Source: Pseudomonadota bacterium (GTDB lineage Bacteria; Pseudomonadota; Gammaproteobacteria; Pseudomonadales; Halieaceae). Taken from it: a DNA stretch of 32,000 nucleotides. This document shows, in pieces, positions 14,713-23,622 of the stretch (within the stretch, counting starts at the first letter, position 1; each line of letters starts with the position of its first letter). The position numbers and the translations under genes were made by a program. The notes beneath the pieces were generated by a model. That model worked only from the letters and a program-made list of their open reading frames with translations. It searched no databases and was not told where the DNA came from. The stretch spans positions 256,817-288,816 of the forward strand of contig JBCBTK010000002.1 in assembly GCA_039818725.1 (NCBI GenBank), given 5' to 3'.

Positions 14713-16506
14713 GTGCCCGATTCGTCTTCCGAAACTTCTTCAGAACCGTCACAGGTCGGTCGGGTTTTCCTCGTCGTGGACGACGACCCCATGGTGCGCC
14801 GGATCGTTACGCGCGGCCTCGAGTCCCTCGATCCCGCCGAAGTGCTGGAGCGTGAGGACGGGCTGGCTGCCCAGGAAATTCTCAAAGCCCGTCACGTCGA
14901 CGTTGTGATCACCGACGTGCTCATGCCGAACATGAATGGCCTCGAGCTCATGAAATGGGCGCAGGAGCATCGCCCTGGGCCTCTATGGATCGTGTTATCG
15001 GGCGTTGAGACCTTCGATACAGCTGTGGAAGCACTTCAGCTCGGCGCCTTTGATTACCTTGCCAAACCGCCGGAACTTCCTCGCGTGCGCGTGGCGGTCC
15101 GCAACGCCCTCGATCAGATCGAGCTGGTTCAGGAACGCGAGCGGCTCTACGGACAACTGGAAGACAGCAACCTCCAGCTGGCGGAGAAAGTTGCCCAGCT
15201 GCAGACCGTGTGCGGCGTTCTCGAAAATCAGGCGGCAACGATCCAGGCGGACCTCGATCGCGCCGAGGTCATTCAGCGTGCCCTGCTTCCCCAGCAGCCT
15301 CCGTCCACGCCGGGCTGGTGCATGGAAACGCTGTACCGGCCCGGTAGCAGCGTCGGTGGCGACTTCTACGACGCGGTCTCCCTCGATGAGGACCATCTCG
15401 GCATCGTGATCGCGGATGCGGCGGGCCATGGTGTGGCGGCCGCCATGCTCTCCGTGCTTTTCAAGCTGCGCTTTCAGCAGATCAGCCAACCTGGTAACGT
15501 GCTGGCGCCGACCGAGGTTCTCCGGCGCCTGAATGACGGGCTCTACGACATGCTATCGACGCCCGGCGCGTTCGTAACGGCGATCTACGCGCTGATCTGT
15601 CTCCCCAGCGGTCGTGTGCGCATCGCGTCGGCCGGCCACCCGCCCTGCCTTGTCACCAGCGCCGACGGGGAAGTGTTGCTGTTCAAGCGCACGGGGCCGG
15701 CGCTGGGACTGGTCGAGAATCCCGAATTCACGGAACACGACTTCGTCCTGGGATCCGGCGATCGACTCATGTTCTACACCGACGGCGTCGTGGAAGGAGG
15801 TCCGCACTCTCCTGGCGAAGATGACATCGCAAGAACGATGCAAAGCGTAGACGATCGACAGGAGTGCCTGGAACAGCTGTTCGATCTCGCGGCCCGTGAT
15901 CTCCCGGGCGACCGGGACGACGTCACCATGCTCCTGCTCCAGCGGGGCAAGGGGACGAGCCATTTCGACGATACTGGCGCCGAAGGCGCTGCAAAGAACG
16001 ACACTTCCACGAGCGCGGACCCCCCACCGGAACTGGAGCATCCGCATCTGAGCCAGGGCGAGCGCGAGGATCGCGGCTTCATCGCCATCAGTGGTGCCAT
16101 AACCTGGTTATGCGGGCAGGCGCTCCTGGACGCGGCGCGGTCGATGCTCGCGCGCAACGCAGCTCTGAGCATCGATCTCAGCCGCTGCGAGCATATGGAC
16201 AGCACCTGTCTCGGTACGCTCTACGAAATCGTCGCCTCACACGAAGGGGCTGTGGAACTGCAGGGCGTGGGGGAAACTCTGCGCAGCCTCTTCGACGAAC
16301 TCAGCATGACCGCCGTTCTTGAAGTCATCGCGGCGACCGCACGAACCCTGCCCGATGCGATGACGGAGATACAGTCGAGCCCGTTGACGCCGCAGCAGCA
16401 GGGCGCGCGAATTCTCAGCGCTCACGAGACCCTGCTCGACCTGGGCGGCGAGAACGAAGAGCAGTTTCGGGCGGTCGTGGAATCCCTGCGCGCAGACCTA
16501 TCCTGA
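14713..16506 (+). CDS. Response-regulator receiver + PP2C (SpoIIE/RsbU-type) phosphatase + C-terminal STAS-like domain fusion
   Basis: GTG start with GGAGG 6 nt upstream. REC: VFLVVDDDPMVRR ... VDVVITDVLMPNMNG ... YLAKP. PP2C: GGDFYD, IADAAGHGVAAAM, MFYTDGV, DDVTML. STAS-like, aa ~453-540: FIAISGAIT ... LSIDLSRCEHMDSTCLGTLYEI ... VELQGVGETLRSLFDEL. Confidence 0.85.
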   Translation: MPDSSSETSSEPSQVGRVFLVVDDDPMVRRIVTRGLESLDPAEVLEREDGLAAQEILKARHVDVVITDVLMPNMNGLELMKWAQEHRPGPLWIVLSGVETFDTAVEALQLGAFDYLAKPPELPRVRVAVRNALDQIELVQERERLYGQLEDSNLQLAEKVAQLQTVCGVLENQAATIQADLDRAEVIQRALLPQQPPSTPGWCMETLYRPGSSVGGDFYDAVSLDEDHLGIVIADAAGHGVAAAMLSVLFKLRFQQISQPGNVLAPTEVLRRLNDGLYDMLSTPGAFVTAIYALICLPSGRVRIASAGHPPCLVTSADGEVLLFKRTGPALGLVENPEFTEHDFVLGSGDRLMFYTDGVVEGGPHSPGEDDIARTMQSVDDRQECLEQLFDLAARDLPGDRDDVTMLLLQRGKGTSHFDDTGAEGAAKNDTSTSADPPPELEHPHLSQGEREDRGFIAISGAITWLCGQALLDAARSMLARNAALSIDLSRCEHMDSTCLGTLYEIVASHEGAVELQGVGETLRSLFDELSMTAVLEVIAATARTLPDAMTEIQSSPLTPQQQGARILSAHETLLDLGGENEEQFRAVVESLRADLS

Positions 16507-16521
16507 CCGGCTCAACGCACC

Positions 16522-16551
16522 GGCTGGGCGCGTGAGCTCAGAGCCAGCTTT
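16522..16551. terminator. Weak candidate bidirectional terminator hairpin between convergent genes
   Basis: GCTGG (16523-16527) pairs with CCAGC (16544-16548), followed by TTT. The 16-nt loop contains the palindrome TGAGCTCA. The stem is short and the U-tract poor. Confidence 0.25.
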
Positions 16552-16568
16552 CCATCGCTAGCCGTAAA

Positions 16569-19500
16569 TCAGCTGCGCTCCAGCTCCGCGGCGAGAGCGC
16601 TGCCCAGCTCCGCGAGGCGATTCCTGAGCCGCTCAAGCACCTCGTCGGCCTCATCGGCCTTTCCGGCACGACCCAGGTCTTCGAGTTCGAGCGCAACCGC
16701 CGCGGCGGCCCGCGCGCCCACAACCCGGGACGATCCCTTCAACGCGTGCGCGCTTTGCTTCAGCTCTTCGCTGGCCTCGCGTTCCACCGCAGCGGTGATG
16801 GCAGCAAGCGCGGCGGGATACTGGTCCAGGAACATCTCGCTGAGTTCGCGCAGGAAGGCCTCATCACCATCGAGGTTGCGCAGGGCCGTGGACCAGTCGA
16901 GACAGGGCTCTTCGCCTGCGGGTCCGGGCTCCGACTCGACCTCTGATGCAGCGGGCGGGACGATAGCGGGGGCTCTCTTTTCGACGACAAGCTCATCAAC
17001 CGTGCGAAGGAGGTCGTCGGCCCGGAACGGTTTGCTGACAAAGCCGTCCATGCCGGCGGTCAAACAATTCTCGCGGTCCTCCAGCGTCGCTCCCGCGGTC
17101 ACGGCAATGATAGGTAAGTGGCTGCCGCTGCCGCGCTCCCGTTCCCTGATCAGCCGCGTCGCCGTCAGCCCGTCCATCACCGGCATATGCACATCCATGA
17201 GGATAAGGTCGAACTCTTCGCGTGCGCTGTTTTCCACGGCTTCACGGCCGTTGCTCGCCACACTCACGCTGTGTCCCCGGCGGCCCAACATTTCTGTGGC
17301 AACCCGACGATTTACCGGATGGTCTTCCGCGAGCAGGATACGCAGTTCGCGGCCGCTGCCCGTCGGACCTTCAGATACCTCCGGTGTTTCCGAGCCGCCC
17401 GGACCGAGGGCTGCGGTCACCGCCTCAAGCAGCTTCGATTGTTTTGTCGGTTTGAGCAGCACCTGGCTCACATCCAAGCGCTCGCGCAGTTCTTCTGCGT
17501 CCGGTCTCCCGGCCGACGTGAGCAGTATGATGCGCAGCGCGGCCATATCCGGTCTTTGACGTATGCGCGCAGCGACCTCGAGTCCGTCCATCTTCGGCAT
17601 CATTACATCCAGGAGAACGAGGTCCACGGCGTCGGCGGTCCCCGAGGTCTGCTCGAGATTCTCAAGGGCCTGTGCGCCGCTGGCGACGCTGAAAACCCCC
17701 ATGCCCCAGTCGGCAAGCAGTTCCTCGAGTATCCGCCGATTGGTGTCGTTGTCGTCGACGACGAGCGCGCTCCGGCCCGTAAGGATTTGCGAGGGAAGGG
17801 ACACAGGAACCGGGGCCTCCGCGACGGGAACCGTGACCGTGAAATGGAAAGTGCTGCCCTGTCCCGCCGCGCTGCGTACGGCCAGTTCGCCGCCCATCAT
17901 CCGCACGATCTGCCCGGCAATGGACAGACCCAGACCGGTGCCACCGAACTGACGCGTGGTCGAGGAATCCGCCTGACTGAAAGCTTCGAAGATTTTGCGC
18001 TGCTGGGCCTCGGAAATGCCGATGCCCGTATCGCGCACCTCGAAAAGCAGACTCACCCCATCGGCGAAGGCCTGGGGAGACAGGGCTACGGCGACCTCGC
18101 CGTTCTCCGTGAACTTGATCGCGTTGCCTACGAGATTAACGAGCACCTGCCTCAGGCGAAGCGGGTCTCCAACGAGCCAGTCGGGCACTTCCGGCGGAAT
18201 ATGCAGCGTCAGTTCCAGACCTTTTTCGTTGGCTCGCAGAGCCAGGGTCTGCAAGGTATCGCCCAGCACCTCGCGCACGCTGAAGGGAATAGCCTCCAGC
18301 TCGAGATGTCCCGCCTCGATCTTCGAGAAGTCGAGGATATCGTTGATCAGACCCAGCAGCGTGTCCGCGGACTTGAGTATCAGGGAAACGTACTCTTCCT
18401 GCTGTGCGGTCAGCTTTGTGCCTTCGAGGAGTTCAGCGATGCCGATGACCCCATTCATGGGGGTGCGGATTTCATGGCTCATCGTCGACACAAAAAGACT
18501 TTTGGCCTCGGTAACTTCCAGGAGCTTTTCGTTTGCTATTTCCAGCTCGTCGGTTTTCGCCTCGAGTTCCACGGCGATATTGTGCTTACTGCGGTAGGCG
18601 CGGAACGTGAGCACGATGAGTAGCGACACCAACATGAGTCCCGATGCGGTACCGATCAGGAAGTACTTCTGGATCTCGATGGTGCTGAGCTGCGTCACAA
18701 GCACCATCCCCTGATCTTCTATGCGCTGCTCCTGTATGGCGATGGACGCGTCCTGCGCCTCAAGACGCTGCCGCTGCTCTTCTAGACGCTGCTGGTTGTC
18801 CTCGATGCGCTGCGTATAGGACTCGATGCTGGCCTCCTTATCCGCAAGCACCTGCTCCTTTTCCCTGAGCTCACGGGCGTTTGCCTGCAGTTCACGCGCG
18901 TTGTCCCCAATCTGCGCGACGCTGTCCTCGAGGAGGCGCTGCACCCCAACAAGCTGAGTCTCGAAGGCCGTGAGTTTTTCGCGGTTGGCGGCAATTTCCC
19001 CGAGCTGCTGCTCGATGGTTTCACTCTGTTCCTCAAGTCGCGCCTGCTGCTCCGCCACGAGCGCACTTGCCTCGGCAAGGCGTTCCTCGGTCTTGACGTA
19101 GACTTCGGCGAGGTCGACCTTGTCACCACCGAACAGCAGGACCTCTCGGGATGGCGTGAGTCCGGCTTCGATCATGTTGCTTGCGCTGATCTCGAAGGCC
19201 ACGCGGTCCCGGGAGGGATAGGTGAAGTTCATCATGATATTGGCGCTGTCCTGTGCGCCGTCGGTGACGAGCAAGGTGTCCGTGCCGTTGAAGCGGCGGC
19301 GAAGCTCGCCGAGCCCATTATTCATCTCAGGCATCAAGAGCAGGATATGGCTGCGGACGGCTGAGTCGAGATCGTCGAAGCGTTCTACGGCGACGGGCTT
19401 TCCCCGGGAGAGCCCGAGGGCGGCGTCGCGTTCCAGGGTCTCGAGCAGTTGCGGGTCATCGCCGTAGACTCCGATGAGGAACTCGTCGATGTCTTCTTCG

Positions 19501-19661
19501 TCAGGCCATGACGAGTTGCGAAGTACGGCGAGCACCAGGCGGCTTTTTGCGTCCGCGATGGTTACCAGCTCCTCGTCCTGCGCGGAGGCGGACGACGTCA
19601 GCACCAGCAGAAGCAGCGCTAGGGAACTGTTGAGCCATCTGGCAGGTCGTGCTTCGCGCAA
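16569..19661 (-). CDS. Hybrid sensor histidine kinase: signal peptide, YfiR-like (DUF4154) periplasmic domain, coiled coil, TM, HisKA, HATPase_c, REC, REC, Hpt
   Basis: TTG start. Signal peptide LALLLLVLTSSASAQDE. DUF4154-like segments are LAVLRNSSWPDEE, FLIGVYGDD, HILLLMP, LLVTDG and NFTYPSRDRVAFEISASNMIEAGL. TM helix YFLIGTASGLMLVSLLIVLTF. H-box FVSTMSHEIRTPMNGVIG (H396). N/G boxes are VGNAIKFT, RDTGIGI and GGTGLGLSI. REC1 LVLLDVMMPKMDG (D685). REC2 LILMDVHMPVMDG (D823). Hpt SAHALKGSS (H972). Confidence 0.9.
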   Translation of the reverse strand: MREARPARWLNSSLALLLLVLTSSASAQDEELVTIADAKSRLVLAVLRNSSWPDEEDIDEFLIGVYGDDPQLLETLERDAALGLSRGKPVAVERFDDLDSAVRSHILLLMPEMNNGLGELRRRFNGTDTLLVTDGAQDSANIMMNFTYPSRDRVAFEISASNMIEAGLTPSREVLLFGGDKVDLAEVYVKTEERLAEASALVAEQQARLEEQSETIEQQLGEIAANREKLTAFETQLVGVQRLLEDSVAQIGDNARELQANARELREKEQVLADKEASIESYTQRIEDNQQRLEEQRQRLEAQDASIAIQEQRIEDQGMVLVTQLSTIEIQKYFLIGTASGLMLVSLLIVLTFRAYRSKHNIAVELEAKTDELEIANEKLLEVTEAKSLFVSTMSHEIRTPMNGVIGIAELLEGTKLTAQQEEYVSLILKSADTLLGLINDILDFSKIEAGHLELEAIPFSVREVLGDTLQTLALRANEKGLELTLHIPPEVPDWLVGDPLRLRQVLVNLVGNAIKFTENGEVAVALSPQAFADGVSLLFEVRDTGIGISEAQQRKIFEAFSQADSSTTRQFGGTGLGLSIAGQIVRMMGGELAVRSAAGQGSTFHFTVTVPVAEAPVPVSLPSQILTGRSALVVDDNDTNRRILEELLADWGMGVFSVASGAQALENLEQTSGTADAVDLVLLDVMMPKMDGLEVAARIRQRPDMAALRIILLTSAGRPDAEELRERLDVSQVLLKPTKQSKLLEAVTAALGPGGSETPEVSEGPTGSGRELRILLAEDHPVNRRVATEMLGRRGHSVSVASNGREAVENSAREEFDLILMDVHMPVMDGLTATRLIRERERGSGSHLPIIAVTAGATLEDRENCLTAGMDGFVSKPFRADDLLRTVDELVVEKRAPAIVPPAASEVESEPGPAGEEPCLDWSTALRNLDGDEAFLRELSEMFLDQYPAALAAITAAVEREASEELKQSAHALKGSSRVVGARAAAAVALELEDLGRAGKADEADEVLERLRNRLAELGSALAAELERS

Positions 19662-19870
19662 GCGGGTGCTCCAGCAGACGCGTCCTGCGCTTAATATAGC
19701 AGTCGCGAGATGGCATTCACGAGTACTATAGACGGTTCAGTATTGGACTACGCACCGCGCTGCCATGGTGATTCTTCGCCCGACCAAGGACGGTTAAAGC
19801 GCGTGCCGCTGTCAGTAGATCCCGCTCGGCAGCTCTCAAGGAGCGCGGCGCAGATCACACCACTCGACTC

Positions 19871-20737
19871 CTATTCTCGGGCCCGTGCGAAGAAAGCGCT
19901 GTCCGGAACGACCGCCATCGCCTCGGACTCCGACGACGCAGCGCTGCTCGCGCGATAGATTCGCATCGCCATCAGGTAGGCAATGAGGATCGCAAGGACA
20001 ACGGCCATGGCCGTTTTCCAGTTGAGGGTTTGCAGCTGGCTCAGCGTCATCAAGTACAGCGACAGGTAGAGTGCCGCGGCGCTAAGCGCGATTTCCGCGA
20101 GTGAGTATGTGGCGACGAGATAGCCCAGGAATCCGAGCGCGGCGAGGAACGTCAGGAGAACGGTCACGGGAGCTCTACCGCTTCCCCGCCGCCCGTTGTA
20201 TTTGACGCCAGTCCAATAGCCGAGGCGCACGAAATACCACGCGACGTGACCGACGATCCGGTTCCCATTGACCACGGTGATGATGTCACGAAACAGGCGG
20301 TCCGCCACATCGCGTTTGATGATGACCTTCTGCGGCGGCCCGCCCGCTTTGGCCACCTTGAGATAGCCGTAGCGAAACGCGTAGTCGTGGACGAGGGATG
20401 CGATCAGCAGGACGCCCAGGGGACGGAGTACGCCGATCGTTATCATGCTGACCAGCCAGGGCACGGGGATCGATGCGCCGTCGAATTCGAAGCGCTCTCC
20501 GTCCGTTGTCTCCGGCACGATGATCTCACCGGAAAAATCCGGGTAGCGGTCCGAGCGAAGCGTAATGCTCCAATCTTCCGCCAGGTAAAAGAAACGTCGC
20601 ACAGACGCGATGGCGATCTGCTTCAGCCAGTGCGCGTCTGGTCTGGTAGAGATGGATTTGAAGACGATGTGGGGAAGACGAAGTCTGACCTCAAAGTCCG
20701 TGCCCTCGCCGAAAACCTCGAGATCGTCCTGAGTCAT
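19871..20737 (-). CDS. DUF1353 domain protein with a C-terminal multi-TM region
   Basis: ERFEFDGASIPVPWLV ... LIASLVHDYAFRYGYL matches the DGxSIP ... HD signature of DUF1353. The C-terminal third has hydrophobic helices (VTVLLTFLAALGFLGYLVATY, ALSAAALYLSLYLM, AMAVVLAILIAYLMAM). Confidence 0.55.
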   Translation of the reverse strand: MTQDDLEVFGEGTDFEVRLRLPHIVFKSISTRPDAHWLKQIAIASVRRFFYLAEDWSITLRSDRYPDFSGEIIVPETTDGERFEFDGASIPVPWLVSMITIGVLRPLGVLLIASLVHDYAFRYGYLKVAKAGGPPQKVIIKRDVADRLFRDIITVVNGNRIVGHVAWYFVRLGYWTGVKYNGRRGSGRAPVTVLLTFLAALGFLGYLVATYSLAEIALSAAALYLSLYLMTLSQLQTLNWKTAMAVVLAILIAYLMAMRIYRASSAASSESEAMAVVPDSAFFARARE

Positions 20738-20880
20738 GCGGCGCTGTCAGGTTTAAGCGGCGGCGACTTGAGTCTCACTGGCGCTGGAACGAATGCATCC
20801 ATACTGAACACCCTGCAGCATTCCCTTTGGTCCGCGAGAATAATCAGGAGTCAAGCATAGCAATACCGCGGCGAGGGCAG

Positions 20881-23616
20881 CTACGGCAGCGAGTCGGCGG
20901 CGGACTCGGATTCCAGCGCGTCCGCATATTCGACGACAAGAGCCTCCAGTTCCGGCAGACAGGATCCGCAGCCCGTGCCGCAGCGCAGCTCACGGCCCAG
21001 CGCTTCGCTGCTGCCGGCTCCGGCCTTGAGGGCGGCGATTATGCTCGTCCGCGTTACCTCGTGGCAGCTACACACCAACGCATCCCCTCCGCCGGTCGCC
21101 GGCGACGGCTTCAGCAAAGCCCAGCGCGATGACGGCAGATCTCGCGCCAGCAAACGTTCCAACCAGGCGGGATCGGGCAGCAGTTCCTGCGATTCCTGCT
21201 GATACAGTGCGGCGGCAAGCCCCTCATCCATCCACACGCGGCGTTCCATCACGGGTGCCTGCCCCGATACGGCCATGACTTCCGTGTGCGCGTGGCTCTG
21301 GTCAACGAGTTCGCGCAGGGCGATCGGATCGACGTCCGCAAGCAGATACATTTCACCGCCACTCACCTTCACTCTCGACCAATAGCTGGCCTTCAGCTGA
21401 GCCGTATCGATTTCGCCGCGCATCAGCAGCAGAGCCCAGGATTGGACTTCGACGCGCTCGACGTCTACCTCGGCGAGCTTGGACTGGGGCTGACCCGAGA
21501 TGGGATCGGTGATCGGCGGAAGCAGTGCGGAAACGCAGGCAGCGGACGCAAAGCGGTCGTTCCAGTGGATCGGAAGAAAGATCGCATCGCGCGCCATGCC
21601 CGGATCATGCGCTGCGGTCGCGACCACGGAGGCATCGTGATTGGATAGGCGCAGCAGATCGCCCGGTCGGACCGCGAGCTTCGCCGCCGTTTCCGGATGC
21701 AGCGCCGCGGCAAAGAATCGCCGATGGCGATTCAGGAGCGGAGCCAGGCCCGTGCGGGTCATGGTGTGCCACTGATCCCGTAATCGACCGGTGTTTAACA
21801 GCAGCCGCTGCGTCGACGCCGATCCAGCGTCCGTCGCTCCGACTCCACTCTCAGGTTTGACCGGGAGCATGCGCATGCGGCGATTCGGGTGGAACGCCGG
21901 GATGCTCGGGGGCGCCGCGCCCGACGCCGGGAGAGGCCAGCGCTGCGGCGACATCACGGCAAACTCTTCGTCGGACTGCGCTGCGAGCGCGCCGATGTCG
22001 AAATCGCGCGAGCCGCTGTTCTCCCAGGCAGAAAGCGCCGCATGCTCGCGGAAAATGGCCGCCGGCGAGGCGTAGGAAAAGGCGTCGGCAAAACCCAGGC
22101 GCGCAGCGATGTCACAGACGATCTGCCAGTCGTGCCGCGCCTCCCCCGACGGCTCACAAAAAGCGCGCTGCCGGGAAATCACCCGTTCGGAATTCGTGAC
22201 CGTGCCATCCTTCTCGCCCCAACCCGTCGCGGGCAGAAGCACGTCGGCGAACTCCGCGGTATCCGTGTTTGCAACGCAGTCCGAGACCACCACTGTTTCG
22301 CAAAGACTCAATGCCTCGCGCACGCGCTGGGAATCGGGGAGGCTCACGGCCGGGTTCGTGGCCATGATCCACACAAACTTGATCTCGCCGCGGTGCATGG
22401 CGTCGAAGAGGTCCACAGCCTTGAGACCGGGCTGCGTCGCCATCGCCGGTGCTTCCCAGAAGCGCTGGACGCGGTCCACGTCCTCGGGCGAGAAGTCCAT
22501 ATGCGCGGCGAGCTGGTTGGCCAGCCCACCGACCTCTCGACCGCCCATGGCGTTCGGCTGCCCGGTGATGGAAAAGGGCCCGGCTCCGGCTCGGGAGATG
22601 CGCCCCGTTGCCAGGTGGCAATTGATTATGGCGTTCGCCTTGTCCGTTCCCGTCGCGCTCTGGTTGATGCCCTGAGAGAAGAAGGTGACTGTTCGTTCCG
22701 TGCGCGCAAAGAGGCGATAAAAGTCTTCGAGCTGCTTTACGGCGAGACCCGTTTCCGCGGCAACGCGCCCGAGGGAACAGTCCCGGGCGGCCGCGAAGCT
22801 CTGCTCCGCATGATCGACGTGCGCCTGGATCCAGCGTTCATCGACGTGGCCATTCTGCTCGAGATAGGCGAGAAGGCCCGCGAAGAGAAATGCATCGCTG
22901 CCGGGTTTGATCGCCAGATGCATATCCGCCGCATCGGCGCTGGCGGTGTTGCGCGGATCTATGAGTACGATCCGCTTCTGCGCGCGAGCCTTCCGGGATG
23001 CGACGATGCGTCGGTACAGCACCGGATGGGTCCAGGCCGCATTGGATCCCACGAGCACTAGGAGATCACAGTCGTCGAGGTCCGAATAACTGCACGGCAC
23101 AAAGTCAGCCCCAAAGGCACGCTTGTAGGCCGCTACCGCCGACGCCATGCACAGACGCGAATTGGTATCCACATTGGCGCTGCCGAGAAAGCCCTTCATC
23201 AGCTTGTTGGCGACGTAGTAATCCTCGGTCAGGAGCTGGCCGGACAGATAGAACGCTATGGCGTTCGGGCCGTGCTGTGTGAGTGCATCACGCAGCTTCG
23301 CACTGACGTGATCGAGCGCCGCGTCCCAGTCGCTGCGTGAGCCGTGAATCTCTGGGTAGAGCAGACGCCCCTCGGACGTCAGCGTCTCCGCCAGCGCCTG
23401 ACCCTTTACGCACAGGCGCCCCTCGTTGGCGGGATGATCGGGATCACCGGCCACGCTTACCCCGCCATCCTCCGGGCGCACTTCCACGCCGCAACCGACA
23501 CCGCAGTAGGGACAGGTAGTGCGGCAGCTCCCGGCACGATCCCGAGTCGGCTGTGATGCTGCAATGACCAGCGCATCGCCCTGTGCCGCTCCGGTATGCG
23601 TTTTCGCACTGGCCAT
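20881..23616 (-). CDS. nasA: Assimilatory nitrate reductase catalytic subunit (molybdopterin oxidoreductase) with C-terminal BFD-like [2Fe-2S] domain
   Basis: N-terminal 4Fe-4S motif CPYCGVGCGV ... C. MopB core: TNSRLC, LVLVGSNAAWTHPV, FFSQGINQS, ITGQPNAMGGREVGG. C-terminus: CSCHEVTRTSIIAALKAGAGS ... CGTGCGSC. 911 aa. Confidence 0.9.
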   Translation of the reverse strand: MASAKTHTGAAQGDALVIAASQPTRDRAGSCRTTCPYCGVGCGVEVRPEDGGVSVAGDPDHPANEGRLCVKGQALAETLTSEGRLLYPEIHGSRSDWDAALDHVSAKLRDALTQHGPNAIAFYLSGQLLTEDYYVANKLMKGFLGSANVDTNSRLCMASAVAAYKRAFGADFVPCSYSDLDDCDLLVLVGSNAAWTHPVLYRRIVASRKARAQKRIVLIDPRNTASADAADMHLAIKPGSDAFLFAGLLAYLEQNGHVDERWIQAHVDHAEQSFAAARDCSLGRVAAETGLAVKQLEDFYRLFARTERTVTFFSQGINQSATGTDKANAIINCHLATGRISRAGAGPFSITGQPNAMGGREVGGLANQLAAHMDFSPEDVDRVQRFWEAPAMATQPGLKAVDLFDAMHRGEIKFVWIMATNPAVSLPDSQRVREALSLCETVVVSDCVANTDTAEFADVLLPATGWGEKDGTVTNSERVISRQRAFCEPSGEARHDWQIVCDIAARLGFADAFSYASPAAIFREHAALSAWENSGSRDFDIGALAAQSDEEFAVMSPQRWPLPASGAAPPSIPAFHPNRRMRMLPVKPESGVGATDAGSASTQRLLLNTGRLRDQWHTMTRTGLAPLLNRHRRFFAAALHPETAAKLAVRPGDLLRLSNHDASVVATAAHDPGMARDAIFLPIHWNDRFASAACVSALLPPITDPISGQPQSKLAEVDVERVEVQSWALLLMRGEIDTAQLKASYWSRVKVSGGEMYLLADVDPIALRELVDQSHAHTEVMAVSGQAPVMERRVWMDEGLAAALYQQESQELLPDPAWLERLLARDLPSSRWALLKPSPATGGGDALVCSCHEVTRTSIIAALKAGAGSSEALGRELRCGTGCGSCLPELEALVVEYADALESESAADSLP

Positions 23617-23622
23617 GGGCGA

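Noticed and set aside
17118-18623. 501-aa plus-strand ORF; also 16795..17559, 21889..23061, 27209..28555, 29088..30314, 20246..20860 and 12746..13417
   Set aside because: All lie antisense to genes with clear family motifs (hybrid kinase, nasA, nrtA, nasS, DUF1353 protein, btaB). They have Arg/His/Gly-biased composition and no recognisable domains. These are shadow ORFs.
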